The position numbers and the translations under genes were made by a program. A stretch of 52,890 nt of DNA from Oscillospiraceae bacterium (GTDB lineage Bacteria > Bacillota > Clostridia > Oscillospirales > UBA929), in contig JAIRWH010000036.1 of assembly GCA_031253545.1 (NCBI GenBank), positions 1 to 52,890 of the forward strand. The letters run 5' to 3'. Under the pieces are notes generated by a model, which saw only the letters and a program-made list of their open reading frames with translations, did no database searches and was not told where the DNA came from. Positions 1 through 9,080 of the stretch are shown here, one piece after another. Numbering within the stretch: position 1 is the first letter of the stretch; every line of letters begins with the position of its first letter.

Positions 1-67
1 CACCGCCACGGCATTTACTCCCCCCATACCACCCTTGCGAGGAAGCTCGGGTTGCGTGTGGCTTTCA

Positions 68-1303
68 TCATCCTCTTGCGCGCTCCCAATCGGCCTGCGG
101 GGTTTTCTTTATTAGGGCAAGTGAGATTTTGCGCGGTATGTCGAGGTTGAGCGGGGAGTTGTCTTTTCTCGCCCTTGACTTATCCTCCCGAAACACCGCG
201 TCGAGCGTCCAATGCGGCTTGTTCTCAACGGACCGATGACCTCGGATAATTTCCATAAAGCCCTCGGCGCTTGTGTCAAAGCTACTGATGTAGGGGCGCG
301 CGCTCTCTGTCTTAACCCCGTTAAGTTCCCTGTACGGCGGTACCTGACGAGTGTCCGTATGTCCGCCCGGTTGCCTTTGTCCGGCGGCCAATCCGCCGAG
401 GCGGTAATGACGCGGCGTGTCTCAACGCGGCCGCGGGCTTTCTCCGCGCGGCTTGCGCGGCTGTCTGTCGGTTCGTCTTTCGGGCGCTCCTTCTCAATCC
501 AATGAGAACAAGTCGTTGAAGGCGCCCGCCAAACCGTTCGGCATTGTCGCTTCGCCGGGATTCCAATCGAAGTATTCCGCCACAACCCCGTGCAATGTTA
601 ATCGGTTATCCTTGAGGGATAGGACACAGTCCGCGCCCGCCTCCCTGATTTTCCCCGCGATGTTTGTTTGACAGCCTATCGCGTCTATGGCGACGGTGTC
701 GCCCTCTATGTCGAGCAAGTCCGAGAGTTCGGGGATGGCCGTAATTTCATTGCTCTTTTCACCTATGGCAAGCTCACCGGGCGAAATGTGATTCCCCTCT
801 ACCCATAGTAACCGCTGATTAAGTCTAAGTCAGGAAAATAGAGTGTAGTATTTTCGCGGGTTTGCTATGTTGGTTTTCTCAAAAACCGATTAAATCAGCG
901 GTTTCCATGCGCTCACCGCATGATAGGCGGAATGTTCGGAGTTGCCGCCGCCGCGTACTGTTTTGCCGTCTATGTTGACGCAACGCCCGCCGTTTCTCCC
1001 AATGTCCCGCGGCAATGAGTTCAGACATTCCGCGAAAGCGTTTGGGTCTATGCGCTCAAACACTCGGCGGAAGGTGTCGCTGTCGGGGATGCCGTCAGGC
1101 AGCTCCAAAAAGCCGCGCGGCCATTCTTCCCTGTCGTGCCCGAAGTCTTCCATGTCAACGAAGTCTTCACCGCGGCAAATCACGGAACACAGCCCGATGA
1201 ACAGTATGTCCTCCAACTTATGCCGCAAGCTACCCCATTGCCCGCGCGGGTCTTCTGTTGCGCCCAGACGCTCTTTCGGTGTTTGCGTGTTCATGTACGT
1301 CAC
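68..1303 (-). pseudogene. ISAs1 transposase, split by frameshifts and an insertion
   Basis: Fragments in different frames carry the family motifs DPR..LRHKLEDIL, GIPDSDTFRRVF, IDGKTVRG, KSNEITAIPEL, VAIDAIGCQ, GRVETR and HRSVENKPHWTLDAVFREDKSR. Confidence 0.9.
807..904. mobile_element. 98-bp MITE-like insert in the ISAs1 transposase
   Basis: Inverted repeats AACCGCTGATT (810-820) and AATCAGCGGTT (893-903), flanked by CCAT direct repeats (803-806, 905-908). Removing the insert and one CCAT restores the frame ..AVSAW-VEGNHIS.. Confidence 0.8.
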
Positions 1304-1602
1304 CCTTGGGTATTATAGCATATTATGTAGACCAAGGGTGCGGCAAGGGTGTATTGTGGGGGAGTAAATGCGGCGGGCCTGGGGGGTTTTTCGACTTCTT
1401 TACAATTCCGTGCAATCGTGGTACAATGGGCGCGAGCTATTGGGGTAACGACGTTTTGCGGTATTCTGTGACGGCAAATCCCACGAGTGTTCGCGTTGCG
1501 CTACGCTGAGACGGCGTTGCGTTGGAGTACCGTTCTTATCCGCGATGGCGGGCACAAACCGGGCAAGGCGCGGAGATTTATATTTTCAGGGGGATTAGAA
1601 TT

Positions 1603-2130
1603 CTGAAAAACATTTAGTCACAATCGGAAAGGCGTTTTGCTTTTTTATTCTTTGGGCGGTATCTATTACAGTAATGATGATACCTGCCGTTGAGAAGCCT
1701 GTTTTTTTCAATGAGAACTCCGCTTTTTTAAGGCTTTGGTGGGAATCAGTTCCTTTGCTCGGCATATTTTTGGCGACAGGGGTTTTTATATGAGTTGTTG
1801 AAAAGAATAAAATAAAAATTCCTATTCTAAAAACTCTATTAAAAGTATTATTATGGTTTTCGCACTCGGTTGCGTATGGCTTGGAGGAGCAATTTTATTT
1901 CTATTTTTGACAAGTTTATTTGTGTTTGGCAAAAAACAGCATAGAATATCTTTCTGTGTGGTTTATTGCCGTATTGTCAAACGTTATATTGTCTTGTTTG
2001 CGGATATTTATTTTCATTATTCAAAGAAAAATATAATACCGCCGCAGCGGTAATTATTACTACCGTATTGTTTACGGCAATGCACACCAGAGCTTTTGAA
2101 GCAGGATTCATTGCCGTCTTGAACGTTATC
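1603..2130 (+). pseudogene. CPBP (CAAX protease/Abi) family membrane metalloprotease pseudogene
   Basis: AT-rich. Manual translation gives LRLWWESVPLLG, an in-frame TGA at 1791, further frameshifts, then GYLFSLFKEKYN..LFTAMH (FxxxH motif)..AFEAGFIAVLNV, truncated near 2130. Confidence 0.65.
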
Positions 2131-2189
2131 GGCAAATTTCAATAGGTAAATGCAAGATTTTTTGGGAGTGTTACAATTGGAACAATACC

Positions 2190-2550
2190 CTTCCTCCGCT
2201 CACCATATTGCGCCAAGAACCATTAACGTGATGCTTCGCGTACGGCATGACCGACAAGTTAATCATTAACAGTGAACGGGAAACAACGCGGGTTCTGCGC
2301 CGAAATCTTGCGAACCAATGCCGTTGCGGAGCGGACTTGCCCTCAATCAAGCGCGTTTCAGATTTAGTTTGAATCAACAGGCGTGTCGGGATGAGTTCGG
2401 CATATGCCTGCCAACCGTCAGCAAAAAACACAGACACATTCCACTTTTTCTGTCTGTTGTAGATTTTTTGGAACGTTTCCGCGCTTCGGTCGCCACATTC
2501 CCGTTCAACGAGCTGACCCGTATCGCGGCAATGGTTTCGGCAACCTAAAT
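2190..2550 (-). pseudogene. IS1-family transposase (InsB-like) C-terminal remnant
   Basis: CRDTGQLV..CGDRS..FFADGWQAYAELIP..QTKSETRLIE..RHWFARFRRRT..SRS within ORF 2171..2641. The N-terminus is missing. Confidence 0.8.
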
Positions 2551-2634
2551 GAGTTTTTGGATGCGGTGGAGGTGAATTAGATTGGGGTGTACGCTCATAT
2601 CCCAACCCGTGGCGTGAACCGTGCAAAATTATGC

Positions 2635-2663
2635 TTGACAAGCCCGGTTGTGTATGGTATGAT
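2635..2663 (+). promoter_or_regulatory. Sigma70/SigA promoter of the tRNA pair
   Basis: TTGACA-17 bp-TATGAT with extended -10 TG, 16 bp before tRNA-Leu. Confidence 0.85.
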
Positions 2664-2679
2664 GATGTCCTCCTGCGAT

Positions 2680-2768
2680 GCCGGAGTGGCGGAACTGGCA
2701 GACGCCCGGGACTTAAAATCCCGTGACTCGTGAGGGTCGTACCGGTTCAAGCCCGGTCTCCGGCACCA
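2680..2768 (+). tRNA. tRNA-Leu (anticodon TAA)
   Basis: GCCGGAG/CTCCGGC acceptor stem, CGGGA-CTTAAAA-TCCCG anticodon arm, long variable arm, GGTTCAAG T-loop, encoded CCA. Confidence 0.97.
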
Positions 2769-2781
2769 AACATCTCAACAA

Positions 2782-2858
<77 letters not shown>

Positions 2859-2862
2859 CGTG

Positions 2863-2896
2863 AAACCCTGTGAACGCAAAGTTCGCGGGGTTTTTT
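2863..2896 (+). terminator. Rho-independent terminator after the tRNAs
   Basis: Hairpin AAACCCTGTGAAC-GCAAA-GTTCGCGGGGTTT followed by a T-run. Confidence 0.8.
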
Positions 2897-2955
2897 ACTG
2901 CGCTCTTTTATGGGGCGATTTTTCGCGTTTGGTTAACATTTGGTTAACGCGCTTT

Positions 2956-2988
2956 TTATCCACCGCTTTATCCACAGAGTTATCCACA
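2956..2988 (+). promoter_or_regulatory. Three tandem DnaA-box sequences
   Basis: TTATCCACC (2956), TTATCCACA (2968) and TTATCCACA (2980), same orientation, 12-bp period. Confidence 0.65.
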
Positions 2989-3001
2989 TTCAATATACTG
3001 C

Positions 3002-3403
3002 CTATTTTCTCGGCTGCCTTAGCATTGGCGGCTTGTATGCCCGTAAAGAGCAACACAAGAGCGCCGTGTGCCACTTGATAGGCGCGTCCCTGAGCGTGTC
3101 CACAAAGCGCAGCGTGTCTTTATCGTCGAGGAAGGATATATCTCTCTGCCGCACTCTCGGCGGCGTGGCAAACTCCGAAACATCCCTTGCCGCGTAACCT
3201 TGTCGGTATGCGTCGCCGAGAATGACACTTATAAGCCTGTGGTGGTCGTTTTTGCGGACAGCGCGCTGCCGTGCTTGCTTATGCCGGGTTCGGCAAGGTT
3301 CTTGGTTCTTGTAAAACTCTTGCAAATGGTGAGTGCGTAAGTCTTTAACCTTCATATGCCCAATACCCGCGTTTATGTGCGCGAGCAGCGATTGATACCA
3401 CAC
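3002..3403 (-). pseudogene. Tyrosine integrase remnant
   Basis: IGHMKVKDLRTHHLQEFY..HRLISVILGDAYRQG..ATPPRV..FLDD matches core-binding/early catalytic integrase sequence. It is truncated at both ends and points toward the tRNA 3' end. Confidence 0.8.
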
Positions 3404-3510
3404 CTCTCACTCCGGCGCAAGTCCCACGCCGCTTTTCGCCGGGGACAAAGGGCGGTTAGTTTTAGGGGGGGAGGGGGGAGAGAGGGAGGGGGCAGTTGTT
3501 AATTGCTACT

Positions 3511-3565
3511 TGTTAGCGGACGGGGACGGGGGGCGAAGCCCCCGCTCCTTTGCGGGCGGGCGGGA
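3511..3565. repeat. Dispersed G-rich intergenic repeat
   Basis: GGGGGCGAAGCCCCCGCTCCTTTGCGGGCGGGCGGGA recurs identically at ~31279-31315. Partial copies lie at ~5815-5865, ~29613-29658 and ~52785-52845. Confidence 0.75.
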
Positions 3566-3632
3566 TTTTGGGGGCGACGGACAGTTTACGGCGAACAGTA
3601 AACGGATAACAGTCGGGGGTGCGGGAGTTTTC

Positions 3633-5573
3633 TCACGGCAGCGTCACCCACAGCGCCGGGCGCACGCCGCGCGAGGTGCGGGCACCGTAGCCGCTCATGT
3701 TCACGCGGCCGCCGCCGTCCGTAGCGGCGGCGTAGTCGGAGTACGCGCCGGGGGAACGCAACCACCAAGACACGGCCGCGCCGCTTGAATTGCGTGCCAC
3801 GCGCAAGTTGTTGTATTGGTCGTCAATTGAGGAAGCGCCCGTCGGCCTGCTTGCCAACTGCCCGCTGTCGCCGAAGTATTTGACCACTTCCTCTAACGAG
3901 AGCAGGAAGACTTTGTCCGTGGTGTCCTCGCCGCCGGATGTGCCGCGCCATTGATTGGCGGCGTTTTCGCAGTATGTGTCAATGACCCTCTCTTTTTCGG
4001 CGTAGGTGAAAGCGCCGTCAAAAAAGTCGCCGTTCAGATAGGCCCGCAGGTCGCTCTCCGCCCATGTCACACTCCTTGCGGCGGAGTGATATGCCCTTGA
4101 AAACAGCACTTCCTCGGAAATGAGCAGCGCCTTGCCGCCCTGCACGTCAAGCACCCGCCAGACCACATTGCCAAAGCTCACGAGGTCGCCTGCCTGCGGC
4201 TGCCCGCCCGGCTCCGAGGGCAGCGGCGAGACCGGAGGCCTGCCCGAACCGCCCGGCGGCAGATACCCGCCACTTGGCGGGTTGTCCGGGTCGCTCGGCG
4301 GTCTGTCCGGGTCGCTCGGCGGGTTGTCCGGGTCGCTCGGCGGCTCGGGCGGCGGGTTATCCGGGTCACTCGGCGGCGGGTTGTCCGGGTCGCTTGGCGG
4401 TCTGTCCGGGTCGCTCGGCGGTCTGTCCGGGTCGCTCGGCGGGTTGTCCGGGTCGCTAGGCGGTCTGTCCGGGTCGCTAGGCGACACGCCCGGCGGGTCG
4501 GGCGGGTTCTCCGGGTCGGTGGGCGGAGAGTCGGCCTCCGTAACCGGCTCCCATGTGCCGTCTTCGGTCACTTCGCAGTTGGGCTTGTAACCCGCCGGGG
4601 CGGCGGGGCTGTATGGGTCGCCGTTGGTGATGAGGCTGAGATATTTGGTGGCGAGCTTGAGCTCCATACCAAACCGGTCGTTTTCTATCCTTTCATTCGG
4701 ATAATAAACAGGGCCCGGTTGATTCAATTTCCATTCGTGGTATTGCCGCAGGCCGATGAAGATGGGTATGGCATAGACCGTGAGGCCCTGCTCATGCAAC
4801 TTCTTCACATAAGCAACTTCGCAGTTTAGTTCTCTGCAATCGTACCATAAGCCCATTGTCAAGTCGAACTGCACATAATAGAGGTTATACCACCAATACA
4901 GATAGTCCTCCCGCGGGCCCATATAATGAGGGTGGGGCCCCAAGTCGTTAGTTGTGTACTTCATGGTCTTGGCATCCCATATCTGACTGTTCCTACCGCA
5001 GTAGCAGGTTGTACTGCCTTTCCAGGCGGGGTTCCAAGAATGTTCATCCATTCTGGTTCCGAATATTCCGCTGCCGAGCACATAGATTATTTTCTTTGTG
5101 TCTTTCACGTCGTCGGAACGGTCGTCGGAACGGTAGTGAAGCATCCGCCATTCCGTATTCAGAACTGCGCCGGAGACATGACTGTATCCGCTGGGTGGGC
5201 TTGCGTTCGGTCCTCGGCTCGATTGCATTCCGTCGATGTATTCGCGCGCTGCGGCGGGGTCGGTGAAGATGGTGTAGGTTCCTGAGATGCCCACGGTGCT
5301 GAGCGGGTTTACCATGACTTTATCAATAATAGCCTTCGCCTGCTCTTTGGCCACATCGAGCGTTTTCTCGCCCTCGGCACGCGGCATAATGATATACACA
5401 TCCAGCACGCCGAGCTCGGTGATGTCGGCGCTCGGCGAGGGGGGCGTGTCGCTCGCGGTCGAACCCGACGGCGACGGGCTGCGGCTGCGCGAGGGCGAAG
5501 GCGAGGGCGAATCGCCGCAGGCGGAAAGCAAACACGCGATTAGCGCGAACAGGGAAAGCAAACGGCGAAACAT
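3633..5573 (-). CDS. Lipoprotein: Ser/Pro linker, degenerate vWA-like domain, PPSDPD repeats, C-terminal DUF6273-like domain
   Basis: Signal peptide with lipobox LSAC. C-terminus has GDLVSFG..WRVLDV..ALLISE..W..SDLRAYLN..DKVFLLS..WWLRSPG..GVRPALWV. Confidence 0.8.
   Translation of the reverse strand: MFRRLLSLFALIACLLSACGDSPSPSPSRSRSPSPSGSTASDTPPSPSADITELGVLDVYIIMPRAEGEKTLDVAKEQAKAIIDKVMVNPLSTVGISGTYTIFTDPAAAREYIDGMQSSRGPNASPPSGYSHVSGAVLNTEWRMLHYRSDDRSDDVKDTKKIIYVLGSGIFGTRMDEHSWNPAWKGSTTCYCGRNSQIWDAKTMKYTTNDLGPHPHYMGPREDYLYWWYNLYYVQFDLTMGLWYDCRELNCEVAYVKKLHEQGLTVYAIPIFIGLRQYHEWKLNQPGPVYYPNERIENDRFGMELKLATKYLSLITNGDPYSPAAPAGYKPNCEVTEDGTWEPVTEADSPPTDPENPPDPPGVSPSDPDRPPSDPDNPPSDPDRPPSDPDRPPSDPDNPPPSDPDNPPPEPPSDPDNPPSDPDRPPSDPDNPPSGGYLPPGGSGRPPVSPLPSEPGGQPQAGDLVSFGNVVWRVLDVQGGKALLISEEVLFSRAYHSAARSVTWAESDLRAYLNGDFFDGAFTYAEKERVIDTYCENAANQWRGTSGGEDTTDKVFLLSLEEVVKYFGDSGQLASRPTGASSIDDQYNNLRVARNSSGAAVSWWLRSPGAYSDYAAATDGGGRVNMSGYGARTSRGVRPALWVTLP
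4276..4480 (-). repeat. Intragenic 21-bp tandem repeat encoding PPSDPD(N/R)
   Basis: About nine units of CCGCCGAGCGACCCGGAC(AAC/AGA). Confidence 0.9.
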
Positions 5574-5637
5574 GATACACACTTCCTTTTCGGGCGGTTT
5601 GTGTCAGTATATCACACCCGCCCCGCCCCGCGCAAGG

Positions 5638-5726
5638 GTATTCCCCCTGTCCTCGCGGGGCGTTGAATGACAAATGCCCCGGGGATAGCGATACCCAGGT
5701 ATTCCCCCTGTCCTCGCGGGGCGTTG
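5638..5726 (+). CRISPR. CRISPR-like mini unit: two identical 28-bp repeats, one 33-bp spacer, no cas genes in window
   Basis: GTATTCCCCCTGTCCTCGCGGGGCGTTG at 5638 and 5699 (61-bp period). It resembles type I-E repeats (GTNTTCCCCG..GCGGGG). Confidence 0.35.
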
Positions 5727-6049
5727 CGGGTCAAGGACCAAGCTCGTTCCGCTCTCGTTAGGACGCTGCCGATAAGCGGTCAGCCTTGGCGCTAACGAAA
5801 AATAACCGCTAACGACTCCCCCGTCTCCTAACCCCTAACCCCTAACAACTAACAACTAAAACTAACCGCCCTTTGTCACCGGCGAAAAGCGGCGTGGGAC
5901 TTGCGCCGGAGTGAGAGGTGTGGTATGATTGCTTCGGGCGTATTTTGCCCCTGCGCGGAGTTGCGTTTTTCCCACCCACGCGGTGTCCTGTTGTACTTCG
6001 TATAACGGGACAGGGAATAATATATAAAAATAAAAAGGCGGGGAAACTG

Positions 6050-7348
6050 ATGTATTGGAACGAGAAAGCGGAGACGATGCCAAGGGAAGAAATGCGGCGG
6101 ATACAGGGCGAGTTGCTGCGCGGCGCCGTGAAACGCGCCTACGAGCGCGTGGCGCCCTATCGCGCGAAGATGAAGCAAACGGGGGTGGAACCGGGCGACA
6201 TCAACACGCTTGAAGACATTGAGAAATTGCCGTTTACCGACAAGGCCGACTTGCGCGACGCGTACCCTTACGGCATGTTTGCCGTGGGCATGGACGAGGT
6301 CATACGCATACACGCCTCTTCTGGCACCACGGGCAAGCAAACCGTGGTGGGCTACACGAGAAAGGACATTGAAATCTGGAACGAATGCATGGCGCGCTGC
6401 ATGACCATGGCCGGCGTGACGCGCGGCGACATAGTGCAAGTGGCCTACGGCTACGGTCTGTTTACCGGCGGTTTGGGCGGGCATTACGGCGCGGAGTATA
6501 TCGGCGCGGCCACCGTGCCGGCCTCCACGGGCAACACTAAACGACAATTACAGATATTGGAAGACTTCGGCAGCACCGTGTTGCTCTGCACACCCTCCTA
6601 CGCCATGCTGCTTGGCGATGCCGTGCGTGAGGCGGGCATTAAGGGCAAATTGAAGCTCAAATCGGGCATACACGGCGCGGAGCCCTGGACCGAGGGCATG
6701 AGGCGCGAATTGGAGGACCGACTCGGATATAAGGCCTACGACATCTACGGCCTTTCGGAGATATCGGGTCCGGGCGTAAGTTGCGACTGCGAGGCCGCCG
6801 CGGGGCTGCATGTGCAGGAAGACCACTTCTACCCGGAGATTGTGGACGCGCATACGGGAAAGCAGGTTAAGGACGGTATGCCGGGCGAATTGGTGTTTAC
6901 CTGCCTCACCAAAGAGGCGTTGCCGCTCATTCGCTATAACACGCGCGATATATGCACGCTGCGAAAGGACAAATGCGCCTGCGGCAGGACCCTTGCCAGA
7001 ATGGGCAAGATTACCGGCCGCACGGACGATATGCTCATCATTCGCGGCATCAACGTATTCCCCTCGCAGGTTGAGAGCGTGTTGCTCGGCATAGCGGAGG
7101 TGTCGCCGCACTACCTCTTGGTGGTGGACAGAAAGAACAATTTAGACACGCTTGAAGTGCGCGTGGAGCTGCGCGAAGGCTTCCCGTTCGACGAGGTGCG
7201 CCGCGTGGAGGAGCTTGAACGCCGTATCGGCAAGGAAATCAATTCCACGCTCAGTATCAGCGCGGATATACGCATCAGCCCGATTGGCTCGGTGGAGCGC
7301 AGCGAAGGCAAGGCGAAGCGTGTGCTCGATTTGCGCAAGAACCTGTGA
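6050..7348 (+). CDS. paaK: Phenylacetate-CoA ligase family protein
   Basis: IHASSGTTGK, YGYGLFTGGLG, GAEPW, DIYGLSE, GRTDDMLIIRGINVFPSQVE. Start moved to ATG 6050. Confidence 0.9.
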   Translation: MYWNEKAETMPREEMRRIQGELLRGAVKRAYERVAPYRAKMKQTGVEPGDINTLEDIEKLPFTDKADLRDAYPYGMFAVGMDEVIRIHASSGTTGKQTVVGYTRKDIEIWNECMARCMTMAGVTRGDIVQVAYGYGLFTGGLGGHYGAEYIGAATVPASTGNTKRQLQILEDFGSTVLLCTPSYAMLLGDAVREAGIKGKLKLKSGIHGAEPWTEGMRRELEDRLGYKAYDIYGLSEISGPGVSCDCEAAAGLHVQEDHFYPEIVDAHTGKQVKDGMPGELVFTCLTKEALPLIRYNTRDICTLRKDKCACGRTLARMGKITGRTDDMLIIRGINVFPSQVESVLLGIAEVSPHYLLVVDRKNNLDTLEVRVELREGFPFDEVRRVEELERRIGKEINSTLSISADIRISPIGSVERSEGKAKRVLDLRKNL

Positions 7349-7456
7349 TAACCCCCTGCGGCAAACAAAGAAAATCGCCGCCGTCGGCTTCCGTGGCGGC
7401 GACCCCGCGCTTTCCGCTTACGGAATATGACACAAATACATTAACTAAGGTGGTGC

Positions 7457-7894
7457 GTGAAGATGATAGTAAACCAAATCTCCGTGTTTGTGGAGAATCG
7501 CCCGGGTCGCCTCGCCGAGATTACCGGCATACTCGCCGCGGGCGGCGTGGACATTAGGGCGCTTTCCATAGCCGACACCAGCGACTTCGGTATTCTGCGC
7601 CTGATAGTAAACGACCCGGAGCGCACGGACAAGCTGCTGCGCGAAGCGGGCGTGACGAGCGGCAAGACGGCCGTGATTGCGGTGAAGCTCGCCGACGAGC
7701 CGGGTTCGTTGCACAAAATCCTCACCATATTGAGCAACCATGACGTGGTGGTGGAATACGCCTACGCGTTCATCACTCGCAAAGACAGCGACGCGTATGT
7801 GATTCTCAAAGTGGCGAATAACGACGAGGCGATTGCCATGCTAACCGCCGAGGGGCAGCAAATGCTCACCCCCGAGGAGTTTTATGCGCTCTGA
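7457..7894 (+). CDS. Tandem ACT-domain protein
   Basis: QISVFVENRPGRL..IRALSIADTSDFGILRLIV and a second ACT-like unit, DEPGSL..VEYAYAF. This is a usual paaK neighbour. Confidence 0.9.
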   Translation: MKMIVNQISVFVENRPGRLAEITGILAAGGVDIRALSIADTSDFGILRLIVNDPERTDKLLREAGVTSGKTAVIAVKLADEPGSLHKILTILSNHDVVVEYAYAFITRKDSDAYVILKVANNDEAIAMLTAEGQQMLTPEEFYAL

Positions 7895-9080
7895 GACGGA
7901 TTTGTTCCGTCGCGCGCACGAAAAAGCCGCGCTCTCGTTTCCGCGTATTGACCTTGTCGCGTCGGTCAACACGGAACGGGTGCTGGACGCTTTCATAAGA
8001 CACCGCGTTTCGGATGCCTGTTTCGCGTTCGGTACCGGTTACGCCTACGGCGAACGCGGGCGCGATACGTTGGATAAGCTCTGGGCAGACGTATTCTTCG
8101 CCGAGGATGCCTTGGTGCGGGTGCAGTTCGTGAGCGGCACACACGCCATAGCCTGCGCCCTTCGCGCCGCCCGTTCCGACGCGCAGGGCTATCTCTCGCT
8201 CGTGGGCGAACCGTATGACACGGTGAAACCCGCCGCGCCGTACAACTTTGTGCCTGAGGCTCCCGACGGCAAAGCGGACCGAGATGCCGTGAGGGCGGCG
8301 ATTATCCGCCATAAACCGCGCGCCGTGCTGATTCAGCGTTCCTGCGGGTATCGGCGGCGGAAAGCGTTGAGCGTGGCCGACATCGCCGAATTGGTCGGCA
8401 TTGTGAAAGACATTGACGAAGACATCGTGACGGTTTGCGACAACTGCTACGGGGAGTTCTGCGAGGAAAGCGAGCCGTGCGCGGCGGGCGTGGATATGAC
8501 GGCGGGTTCGCTCATTAAAAACCCCGGCGGCGGCCTCTGCGTGGCCGGAGGGTATATCGCCGGAAAAAAATACTGGGTGGACAAAGCGGCGCAGGCGCTC
8601 ACCGCGCCGGGCATAGGGCGCGAGTGCGGCGGCAGCCTCGGTCTGGGCAGGTCTTTATACCAGGGGCTTTTCCTCGCGCCGCACGTTACGGCGCAGGCTC
8701 TGAAAACGGCGCTCTTCGCGGCTTCACTGATGGAGCTTTTGGGTTACGAGGTCTGTCCGCGCCCGGAGGAGGAGCGGTATGAGATAACGCAGGCAATCAA
8801 GTTCGGCAGGCGCGACATATTGCTCAGTTTTGTGCGGGCCGTGCAACACGCCTCCCCGGTAGACAGCTTCGCGGAGCCGCAGCCGTGGAATATGCCCGGT
8901 TACGACGACGAGGTTGTCATGGCGGCGGGCACATTCGTGCAGGGCGCGTCTATTGAGCTCTCCTGCGACGCGCCCATGCGCGAGCCGTATACGGCGTATT
9001 TGCAGGGAGGCCTCACTTACGAATCGGGCAGGTTGGCCGTGTGGCGGGCAGCCGTGGCTTTGGAAGGCGGCGCGTTGTGA
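7884..9080 (+). CDS. YnbB-like PLP enzyme (methionine gamma-lyase/aluminium resistance family)
   Basis: GRDTLD, QFVSGTHAI, DNCYGEF, GSLIKNPGGG (PLP lysine), MAAGTFVQGASIELSCDAP. Confidence 0.9.
   Translation: MRSETDLFRRAHEKAALSFPRIDLVASVNTERVLDAFIRHRVSDACFAFGTGYAYGERGRDTLDKLWADVFFAEDALVRVQFVSGTHAIACALRAARSDAQGYLSLVGEPYDTVKPAAPYNFVPEAPDGKADRDAVRAAIIRHKPRAVLIQRSCGYRRRKALSVADIAELVGIVKDIDEDIVTVCDNCYGEFCEESEPCAAGVDMTAGSLIKNPGGGLCVAGGYIAGKKYWVDKAAQALTAPGIGRECGGSLGLGRSLYQGLFLAPHVTAQALKTALFAASLMELLGYEVCPRPEEERYEITQAIKFGRRDILLSFVRAVQHASPVDSFAEPQPWNMPGYDDEVVMAAGTFVQGASIELSCDAPMREPYTAYLQGGLTYESGRLAVWRAAVALEGGAL

Larger units (their letters stand above)
1..1381 (-). mobile_element. Decayed ISAs1-family insertion sequence
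   Basis: Imperfect terminal inverted repeats: CACCGCCACGGCATTTACTCCCCC at 1 and reverse complement CAGGCCCGCCGCATTTACTCCCCC ending at 1381. They enclose ISAs1 transposase fragments. Confidence 0.85.

Noticed and set aside
2956-2988. oriC
   Set aside because: Only three boxes, no dnaA/dnaN/gidA nearby and no clear unwinding element.
3633-3800. Complete DGR cassette
   Set aside because: No reverse transcriptase, Avd or template repeat in the window.
4276-4480. 21-bp repeats as a CRISPR array
   Set aside because: They are contiguous in-frame coding repeats with no unique spacers.
5666-5698. Spacer targeting the toxin promoter at ~31321 (CreTA-like)
   Set aside because: Only about 12 of 19 scattered matches by eye with no contiguous seed, which is compatible with chance.
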